Below are positions 1 through 8,829 of a stretch of DNA of 10,758 nucleotides, piece by piece (the stretch's first letter is position 1; each line of letters begins with the position of its first letter). The stretch comes from Candidatus Eiseniibacteriota bacterium. GTDB taxonomy: Bacteria; Eisenbacteria; RBG-16-71-46; DASYSL01. Below the pieces are notes generated by a model. The model saw nothing but the letters and a program-made list of their open reading frames with translations. It was not told where the DNA came from and did no database searches. The stretch is taken from assembly GCA_046598045.1 (NCBI GenBank), contig JBKJJJ010000152.1, positions 1-10,758 on the forward strand, read 5' to 3'. Both the position numbers and the translations under genes were made by a program.

Positions 1-1
1 T

Positions 2-427
2 CTCGTCGCCTACGCCGCGCGCGTGCTCAAGCGCGAGGGCGTGACGCGGCCGGCGGTCACGATCGTGCTGGGCGATGACGTGCTCCTGCGCTCGCTCCAT
101 GCGCGCTTCAAGCAGCGCGACCGCGCGACCGACGTGCTCTCGTTCACTTATGACGACACGCGCGGGCCGAAGAGCCGCGCGCTCGAGGGCGAGATCTACG
201 TCTCGCGCGAGCGCCTGTTCGCGCAGGCGAAGCGCTACCGGCACGACCCGGGCGAGGAATTGCTGCGCCTGGTCACGCACGGGCTCCTGCACCTGTGCGG
301 GCACGACCACATGAAGCCCGGCGAGCGGCGCGTCATGCGCGCGGCCGAGAGCATCGCGATGCGCGAGGACTGCGCGCCCGGCGACCGCGGCGCGTTCGCA
401 TCCGCGGCGAAGGCGGTCGCGCCATGA
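2..427 (+). CDS. ybeY: rRNA maturation endoribonuclease YbeY (5' end probably outside the window)
   Basis: Carries the TDVLSF, GEIYVS and H-x3-H-x5-H (HGLLHLCGHDH) zinc motifs of YbeY. The frame is open from base 2 (LVAYAARVLKREG...), so the GTG at 23 is probably not the true start. Stop is TGA at 425-427. Confidence 0.93.
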   Translation, partial: LVAYAARVLKREGVTRPAVTIVLGDDVLLRSLHARFKQRDRATDVLSFTYDDTRGPKSRALEGEIYVSRERLFAQAKRYRHDPGEELLRLVTHGLLHLCGHDHMKPGERRVMRAAESIAMREDCAPGDRGAFASAAKAVAP

Positions 428-1713
428 GCTCCGGCAACCTGATCCTGCTGTTCGGCGCACTGACGGTGCTGGCGGCGCTGTTCTCCGCGATCGAGATCGC
501 GCTGTTCTCGGTGCCGCGCGCGCGCGCCCGCCGCTTCGCGCAGGAGACCGGCCCGGTGGGCGAGGTGTTCCGCCGCCTGCTCGAGGCGCCGCACGCGACG
601 CTGGTGCAGATCCTGTTCGCGAACAACCTGACGAACGTGGCGGCGACCGCGACCGCGGCGGTGCTGATGGACCGCGCGTTCGACCGCTTCGCGCTGCCCG
701 AGTGGGCGCTGATCGCGGTCGAGACCTTCGGCCTGACGGCGTTCCTGCTGGTGGTGTGCGAGTTGACGCCGAAGACGTTTGCGTTCGAGAAGAACGAGAC
801 CGTGGCGCCGGCGCTGGCGCGCATCCACCACCTGATCTCGCCCGCGCTCGCTCCGGTCGCGAAGGGGCTCGAGCGCATCGCGCAGGCCGCGTCGCGCCTG
901 GTCAAGCGCCACGAGCCCGAGCACCTGACCGCGGACGAACTCGAGACGCTGGTCGAGGTCGGCGCGCGCGAGGGCACGCTCAATCCGGAGGAGAGCCGCC
1001 TCTTCCGCGGCGCGTTCCGCTTCGGCGAGAAGACCGCGGGCGAGATCCTGACGCCGCGCGCGGACGTGCTCATGATGTCCGCCGAGACGAGGGTCGCCGA
1101 TGCGCTCGAGCAGGCCTCGGCCGCGCGCCAGGCCCGCATCCCGCTCTACGAGGGCACGATCGCGCGCGTCGTCGGCGTGCTCTACGCGCGCGACCTCGTG
1201 CGCTTCAAGCTCGAGGACCCCGGGGAGAAGACCGTGCGCGCGATCATGCGCCAGCCGCTCGTGGTGCCGCCGACGCGCGACCTCGAGGGCCTGTTGCGCG
1301 CGTTCCAGGCCGAGCGCATGCACCTCGCCGTGGTTGCGGACGCGGGGGGCGAAGCGCTCGGCATCGTGACGCTCGACGACGTGCTCGAGCAGATCGTCGG
1401 CCCGATCGAGGACGAGTTCGACGAGGAGGAGCCCGCGGTGCGGCCGGTGGGCGAGGGCCAGGCGATCTTCCGCGGTAGCGTGCTGGTGAGCGAGGCGAAC
1501 CGGCTGATCGGCGTCGCGCTTCCGGGGTCGGACAAGGAGACGCTCGCGGCGCTGTGCGCGCGCTTCTTTCCGCAGTCGCCCGCCGAGGGCGAGTCGCTCG
1601 AGTTGGGCGGCGCGCTGCTCACGATCGAGGCCGTGACCGGCCGCCAGGTCTGGAGCGTGCGCGTGGCGCAGCGCGGGCCGGCGACCTTGCGCAGCGCGGA
1701 CGCCGCGACATGA
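424..1713 (+). CDS. Hemolysin-family / CorB-CNNM Mg2+ transporter-like protein (DUF21 + CBS pair + CorC_HlyC), copy 1, 429 aa
   Basis: ATG at 424 overlaps the ybeY stop (ATGA). Hydrophobic N-terminus with FSAIEIALFS, NNLTN and CELTPK. CBS region has ILTPR, RIPLY and GIVTLDDVLEQIVGPIEDEFD, followed by a CorC-like C-terminal domain. Confidence 0.9.
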   Translation: MSSGNLILLFGALTVLAALFSAIEIALFSVPRARARRFAQETGPVGEVFRRLLEAPHATLVQILFANNLTNVAATATAAVLMDRAFDRFALPEWALIAVETFGLTAFLLVVCELTPKTFAFEKNETVAPALARIHHLISPALAPVAKGLERIAQAASRLVKRHEPEHLTADELETLVEVGAREGTLNPEESRLFRGAFRFGEKTAGEILTPRADVLMMSAETRVADALEQASAARQARIPLYEGTIARVVGVLYARDLVRFKLEDPGEKTVRAIMRQPLVVPPTRDLEGLLRAFQAERMHLAVVADAGGEALGIVTLDDVLEQIVGPIEDEFDEEEPAVRPVGEGQAIFRGSVLVSEANRLIGVALPGSDKETLAALCARFFPQSPAEGESLELGGALLTIEAVTGRQVWSVRVAQRGPATLRSADAAT

Positions 1714-2957
1714 TGCCGCTGCTCCTGTTCGCGCTCGGGCTGCTCGCGTCGGCGTTCTTCTCGGCGGTCGAGACCGCGATCGTGTCGGCGAACCGCACGC
1801 GCCTTTCGCATCGCGCGGACACGGGCGACGCCGGCGCCGGGCGCGCGCTGCGCTTCCTCGACGACCCGCGCCGCCTGTTCGGCGCGACGCTCGTCGGGAA
1901 CAACCTGGCGAACGTGTTCACCGCCACGCTCGCGACGCTCTGGTTCGCGCACCGTTTCGGCGAGGGCGTCGTGCCGTGGGTCGTGCTCGGGCTGACCGCC
2001 GTGCTCCTGATCGTCGGCGAGATCGTGCCCAAGTCGATCGCGCGCGCGCAGGCCGACCGGCTGACCGTGCTCCTGACCGCGCCGCTCGAATCGTTCGACG
2101 CGGCGATGCGTCCGCTCGTGCTGGTCGTGACCGGGGCGTCGACCGCGCTGCTCCGGCTGTTCGGCGTGAAGACCTCGCCCTCGCGCGGCGCGATGTCGCG
2201 CCAGGACTTCCAATTGCTGCTCGACGAGAGCGAGGAGCAGGGCCAGGTCGCACCCGGGCAGGGCCGCATCCTCTCGAACGTGCTCGACTTCGGCGAGACC
2301 ACGGTCGCGCAGGTGATGCGCCCGCGCACCGACATCGTGGCGGTCGAGGCGGGCACCCCGGTGCGCGAGGTCATCGAGCTGGTCGAGCGCACGGGCTTCA
2401 CGCGCATCCCGGCGTACCGCGGCAACCCGGACCAGATCGTCGGCTTCGTACACCTCTTCGACCTCCTGCGCACCCCGGCGACCGAACTCGCGGTCGACGG
2501 CCTCCTGCGCCCGATCGGGTTCGTGCCCGAGGCCAAGCCCTGCGACGAGTTGTTGCGCGAGATGCGCGCGCGCCACCGCCCGATCATGATCGTGGTCGAC
2601 GAGTATGGCGGCACCGCGGGCGTGGTGACGATCGAGGACCTGGTCGAGGAGCTGGTCGGCGACATCAAGAACGAGGGCGAGACCGCGGCCACGCCGGTGC
2701 GCCGGCTCGAGGCGGGGCGCTGGCAGGTGGACGCGACCATGCGCATCGCGGACGTCAACGAAGCGCTCGACGTCGAGCTGCCCGAGGGCGACTACGAGAC
2801 GCTCGGCGGGCTCGTGCTCGAGCGGCTCGGGCGGATCCCGGCGGCGGGGGACGCCGTGACCGTCGCCGGCATGCGGCTCGACGTGCTCGCGGCGGATCGG
2901 AGGCGCGTGCGCCAGGTGGCGATCACGCGCCCCGTGCGCGGGCGGTGGACGCCATGA
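1710..2957 (+). CDS. Hemolysin-family / CorB-CNNM Mg2+ transporter-like protein (DUF21 + CBS pair + CorC_HlyC), copy 2, 415 aa
   Basis: ATG at 1710 overlaps the previous stop (ATGATG; 1713 is an alternative start). Motifs: FFSAVETA, GNNLAN, GEIVPK, VMRPR, FTRIPAY, VVDEYGGTAGVVTIEDLVEELVGDI and DYETLGG. Confidence 0.92.
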   Translation: MMPLLLFALGLLASAFFSAVETAIVSANRTRLSHRADTGDAGAGRALRFLDDPRRLFGATLVGNNLANVFTATLATLWFAHRFGEGVVPWVVLGLTAVLLIVGEIVPKSIARAQADRLTVLLTAPLESFDAAMRPLVLVVTGASTALLRLFGVKTSPSRGAMSRQDFQLLLDESEEQGQVAPGQGRILSNVLDFGETTVAQVMRPRTDIVAVEAGTPVREVIELVERTGFTRIPAYRGNPDQIVGFVHLFDLLRTPATELAVDGLLRPIGFVPEAKPCDELLREMRARHRPIMIVVDEYGGTAGVVTIEDLVEELVGDIKNEGETAATPVRRLEAGRWQVDATMRIADVNEALDVELPEGDYETLGGLVLERLGRIPAAGDAVTVAGMRLDVLAADRRRVRQVAITRPVRGRWTP

Positions 2958-3661
2958 CGGACGAAGCGCTTCACCTGCCGGATTTCGAGCCGCCGCGCGT
3001 CGGGTTCTGGGCGCGCCTGCGCGGCTATTTCCTGGCCGGCTTGCTGGTGCTCGGCCCGACCACGATCACGCTGTTCGTGCTGCTGCGCTTCCTGTGGATC
3101 CTCGACGGGCTGCTCGGGCGCTACATCAAGTTCCCCGCGCTCGTCACCACGTGGCTGCCCGAGGGGCGCATCCCCGGGCTCGGCATCGTCGCCATGTTCC
3201 TGCTCGTGCTGCTTGCGGGGTTCGTCGCGTCGTCGCTCGCGGGCACCGGCGCGCTCGCGGCGTGGGAGCGCGTGTTGACCCGTCTTCCGCTCGCCCGTAT
3301 CATCTACTCCGCGACGAAAGGCTTGGGCGAGGCGTTCCTGTCCGGGCGCCGCACGGCGTTTCGGCAGGTCGTGCTGGTCGAGTATCCGCGGCCCGGCGTG
3401 TGGGTGATCGCCTTTCGCTCGGCGGATCCGCCGGAGACGCTCTCGGTCACGGCCGGGGTCCGGCTCGTCAGCGTGTTCGTGCCGAACACGCCGAACCCGA
3501 CCAGCGGGTACTTTCGCCTCTTTCCCGAGACCAGCGTGCGACCGGTCGACCTGACGGTCGAACAGGCGGTGAAGCTCATCGCGTCGGCCGGCGTGGTGCA
3601 ATCGCCGGCGTCCCCGAACCCCGAAAAGACCGCCCCGCCCCATGGCCCTGACCCGTTGTGA
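2954..3661 (+). CDS. DUF502 domain-containing membrane protein (COG2928), 235 aa
   Basis: ATG at 2954 overlaps the previous stop (ATGA). Two hydrophobic helices (YFLAGLLVLGP..., PGLGIVAMFLLVLLAG), then RLPLARIIYS, FRQVVLVEYPRPG and the family signature VFVPNTPNPTSGY. Confidence 0.88.
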   Translation: MTDEALHLPDFEPPRVGFWARLRGYFLAGLLVLGPTTITLFVLLRFLWILDGLLGRYIKFPALVTTWLPEGRIPGLGIVAMFLLVLLAGFVASSLAGTGALAAWERVLTRLPLARIIYSATKGLGEAFLSGRRTAFRQVVLVEYPRPGVWVIAFRSADPPETLSVTAGVRLVSVFVPNTPNPTSGYFRLFPETSVRPVDLTVEQAVKLIASAGVVQSPASPNPEKTAPPHGPDPL

Positions 3662-4396
3662 AGCCGTCGTCGTCCGCACCTACCCGCTTGGGGACACGAG
3701 CCGGATCGCGGTGCTCTACAGCCGCGAGTTCGGTCTCGTGCGCGGCGTGGCGAAGGGCGCGCGCGGGCCGAAGAGCCCGTTCGGCGCGGGGCTCGAGCCG
3801 CTCTCCGTGGTCGACGTCGTGCTCTACCGCAAGGACGGGCGCGACCTCGACCTGCTGAGCAAGGTCAACGTGATCTCCGACTGGCGGGCGACCGACATCG
3901 CGCGCGTGTCGCACGCGCAGGCGGTGCTCGAGTTCCTCGACCGGCTGGTACACGAGGTCGAACCGGATCCAAGGCTCTACGCGCTCGTACGCCACGCGCT
4001 GCTCGTGATCGAGGCCGCGCCGGTCGAGGTGCTGCCCTCGATCACGCTCGCCTTCCAGATGCACGCCTCGGCGCTGCTCGGCTACGCGATCGAGTGCGCG
4101 CGCTGTGCGGGCTGCGGCAAGGAGCCCGAGGGGCGGTTCGCGCCCGGCAGGGGCGGCGCCGTGTGCGCGCGCTGCGCCGAGGGCGAGCCCATGGTCGCGC
4201 TGGCCTCGCGCGAGGCGCTCGTGGCGCTGGCGCGCATCGCGCAGTCGCCGGCCGACGCGCTCGGCGGCGCGGCCTCGGTGCTGCCGCGCGCCGGGGAGAT
4301 GTTGCGGCTGGTCGAGCTTCACCTCAAGAGCCACGTCAGCAAGTTCTCCGGATTCCGCTCGCTGGCATTCCTCTCATCCATCGAAGGGGCAGCCGC

Positions 4397-4400
<4 letters not shown>
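3642..4400 (+). CDS. recO: DNA repair protein RecO
   Basis: N-terminal OB-fold pattern ([39 protein letters not shown]...GLEP), a C-terminal CxxC...CxxC zinc finger, and the usual position upstream of glyQS. Overlaps the DUF502 gene by 20 nt. Confidence 0.93.
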
Positions 4401-5319
<919 letters not shown>

Positions 5320-5323
<4 letters not shown>

Positions 5324-7425
5324 GCCACCCGCGCGCGGACTTCCTGCTCGAGCTCGGCATCGAGGAATTGCCCACCTCCTACATCGCGCCCGCGCTCGAT
5401 CAGCTCGCCTCGGAGTTGCGCGAGGCGATCGCCGAGCTGCGGCTGCCGGTGGGCGACGTGGTGACGTTTTCGACGCCGCGTCGGCTCGCGGTGCTGGTCA
5501 CCGACCTGGTGACGCGTCAGGACGACTACGAGGAGGAGGCGACCGGCCCGCCCGTGGCCGCGGCGTGGGACAAGGACGGCAAAGAGACGAAGGCGCTGAC
5601 CGGCTTCGTGACCGGCAAGGGCGCGGCGATCGAGGACGTGCGGCGCGTCAAGACGCCCAAAGGCGAGTACGTCGCGGTCACCGTGAAGCGGTCGGGCCAG
5701 GGCGTGGCCACGCTGTTGCCGCCGCTGGTCGCAAGCATCGTGTCGGGGCTGTCGTTCCCCAAGTCGATGCGCTGGATTCCGGGAGCGGACCTGAAGTTCG
5801 CGCGCCCGATCCGCTGGGTCGTGGCGTTGCTCGGCGACGACGTGCTACCGCTCGAGCTCGCCGGCCTGACCGCCGGGCGGCAATCGCGCGGGCACCGCTT
5901 CCTCCACCCGGGCGCGGTGTCGATCGCGAACCCGAGGGGCTACGTCGAGGCGCTCGCGGGCGCCGGCGTGGTCGCCGACCCGCGGCTTCGCCAGTCGGTG
6001 ATCGTCGAGCAGGCCGAGGCCCTCGCGCTCGGCGCGGGTGGGCGGCTGGTCGACGACCCGGAGCTGGTCGGCATCAACAACGACCTGGTCGAGCGCCCGC
6101 AGGCTCTGATCGGCCGCTTCGACGCGCAGTTCCTCGACCTGCCGCGCGAGGTGATCGTGACCGCGCTGCGCGAGCACCAGCGCTACTTCGCGGTCGAGAC
6201 CACGGGCGGTGATCTGCTGCCCGCGTTCGTGGGCGTGCGGAACGGCGACGACCGAAACCTCGCGGGCGTGACCGCCGGCAACGAGGCGGTGCTGCGCGCG
6301 CGGCTCGAGGATGCGCGCTTCTACTGGGACACGGATCTCAAGAAGGCCCCGGCCGACCGCGTGCAGGAGCTCGCCGGCATCGTGTGGCTCGCCGAGATGG
6401 GCTCGATGCGGGACAAGGCGGAGCGCATGAAGGCGCTCGGCGCGTGGATCGCCGGGCACTGGGACGCGGACTTGATCGGGACCGTCGAGCGCGCGGCGCT
6501 GCTGTGCAAGACCGACCTCCTGTCCGAGATGATCGGTAGCGGCAAGGAGTACGCGAGCCTCGAGGGCGTGATGGGCGCGTACTACGCGGCGCGCCACGGC
6601 GAGGAGCACGCGGTCGTGGTCGCGATCAAGGATCACGTGCGGCCGAAGGGCGCCGGCGACGACCTGCCGTCGAGCGTCGCGGGCGCCGCGTTGTCGATCG
6701 CCGATCGCGCGGACACGGTGGCGGGCGCGTTCCTCGCGGGCAAGATCCCGAGCGGGTCCGAGGATCCGTACGGCGTGCGCCGCGCGGCGAACGGCGTGGT
6801 GCGCGTGCTGCTCGACTCGGGGCGCGCCCTCGACCTCGCGCTGCTGACGCAGGAGGCGCTCGCGATCTTCGCGCGCGGCCGCGAGGCGAAGGCGCCCGAA
6901 GGCATCGCAGCGAAGCTCGCCGAGTTCTGGGCCGGCCGCCTGGCGAACGCACTCGGCGAACGTGGCTTCGCCTACGACGAAGTCTCGGCGGCGCTCGGCG
7001 GGAGCGAGGGCGGGACCGATCCGACCGACGTCGCGAAGCGCGCCGCCGCGCTCAAGGCGTGGCGCGCGAACGCCGACTTCGTCCCGCTCGTGGTCGGCTT
7101 CAAGCGCGTGGCGAACATCCTGCGCGCGGCCGAGGACGCGCCCGGCGGCGTGGTGGGCGACCTGCCCGACCCGAACGAGGCCGCGCTCCACGAGGCGGTC
7201 GACCGGGCCGCACGCGAGGCCGAGCCGCTGTTCGCCGCGCGCGAATACGGGAAGGTGCTCGGCGTGCTGCTGTCGCTGCGCGCGCCGATCGACACGTTCT
7301 TCGAGAAGGTCATGGTCAACGCCGAGGACCCGGCGGTGCGCCGCCGTCGCCTCGGGCTCCTCGCCACCACCCGGGCGCTGTTCGACCGCGGATGGGATCT
7401 CTCGAAGGTGGTCGTCGAGGGGTAA
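5320..7425 (+). CDS. glyS: Glycine--tRNA ligase beta subunit, 701 aa
   Basis: GTG at 5320 overlaps the glyQ stop (GTGA). Motifs: [80 protein letters not shown] and [14 protein letters not shown]. Stop is TAA at 7423-7425. Confidence 0.97.
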
Positions 7426-7431
7426 GGCGAT

Positions 7432-8052
7432 TCAGCGGCTGGCGCAATTGCGCACGAGCGCGACCAGCCCGCGCGCCGCATCGTCCACGCGCGGCGCCGG
7501 TCGCCCGCGCTCCTCGCCGAGACGCGGGATGTGCAGGAACACGACCTGCGTCTTCGTGCGTCGCGTGAGGTGCCGCGCCACGTAGAACGCCTGGTTGCAG
7601 CAATACGATCCCGCCGACAACGACAACTGCGCCTTCACGCCGCCGCGCTCGAGCGCCCGCTGCGCGCGCCGCGGATCGAGCGTCGCGAAGTACGCCGCGG
7701 GACCGCCGCGCACGACTGGGGCGTCTACGCGCTTGCGGCCCGCATTGTCGGGGACCCTTGCGTCGAGCAGGTTGATCGCCACGCGTTCGACGCGGATCGC
7801 GTCGCCCCGGCCGGACTCGCCGGCAAGGATCCAGACCTCGGGGCGCTCGGCGCGCCACAGCCGGGCGAGCGTGCGCGGCAACGCGACGAAGTCGACCGGC
7901 AATTGCGCCACCGCCACGTCGGCGACGTGCGCGAGCGCGCTACGCCGGCTCTCCTTGACGAACGCCTCGATCCACTGCCAGGAGCGATTGACCCGGCGGC
8001 GGTCGAACGGCTCGAACGCGGTGACGAGGATGCGGCGCCGAGCGGATTTCAT
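7432..8052 (-). CDS. pcp: Pyroglutamyl-peptidase I (pyrrolidone-carboxylate peptidase, peptidase C15), 206 aa
   Basis: From the ATG at 8052: RILVTAFEPF...N.S, LPVDF, RVERVAIN (catalytic Glu), PDNAG, GPAAYFATL, SLSAGSYCCN (catalytic Cys) and FLHIP (catalytic His). The longer start at 8220 in the ORF track would overlap the pyrR leader and adds no C15-like sequence. Confidence 0.92.
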   Translation of the reverse strand: MKSARRRILVTAFEPFDRRRVNRSWQWIEAFVKESRRSALAHVADVAVAQLPVDFVALPRTLARLWRAERPEVWILAGESGRGDAIRVERVAINLLDARVPDNAGRKRVDAPVVRGGPAAYFATLDPRRAQRALERGGVKAQLSLSAGSYCCNQAFYVARHLTRRTKTQVVFLHIPRLGEERGRPAPRVDDAARGLVALVRNCASR

Positions 8053-8059
8053 GGCCGGC

Positions 8060-8068
8060 AGGCTAACA
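8060..8068 (-). promoter_or_regulatory. Putative extended -10 promoter for pcp (TG-T-TAGCCT)
   Basis: The minus strand reads TGTGTTAGCCT-GCCGGCC-ATG. This is a TGn-TAnnnT match ending 7 nt before the start codon. There is no recognisable -35 at 17 bp and no SD. Confidence 0.5.
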
Positions 8069-8099
8069 CATCGCGCCGGCCCGGCTGGCCACAACGGGC

Positions 8100-8129
8100 T
8101 TGCCGCCCGTGCTCCGCGCCTGCTACATT
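8100..8129 (+). promoter_or_regulatory. Putative sigma70-type promoter of the pyrR-pyrB-pyrC operon
   Basis: -35 TTGCCG (8100-8105), an 18-bp spacer, then extended -10 TG-C-TACATT (8121-8129). Predicted transcription start is about 8136-8137, just upstream of the PyrR element. Confidence 0.6.
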
Positions 8130-8156
8130 TCCCCCCGTAGAGGTGCCGTTCCACTC

Positions 8157-8194
8157 CACCTTTTAATCCGGCCCACGCGAGGCTGGAAAGGGGT
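8157..8194 (+). promoter_or_regulatory. PyrR-binding RNA element (anti-antiterminator stem-loop)
   Basis: Sequence is CCTTTTAAT-CCGGCC-CACGCGA-GGCTGG-AAAGGGG. It has the UUUAA internal-loop motif, an upper stem CCGGCC/GGCUGG, a ...GNGAGGCU loop exit and a lower stem CCUUU/AAAGG. It matches the known PyrR site architecture and lies directly upstream of pyrR. Confidence 0.8.
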
Positions 8195-8216
8195 CGTCCA
8201 TGATGCTGCCGATTGA

Positions 8217-8828
<612 letters not shown>

Positions 8829-8829
8829 A

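Noticed and set aside
6526..6552. GSGK in GlyS resembling a P-loop
   Set aside because: The context EMIGSGKEY does not fit GxxxxGK[ST]. It is a short insertion in the conserved KxDL..MV.EF..LQG segment.
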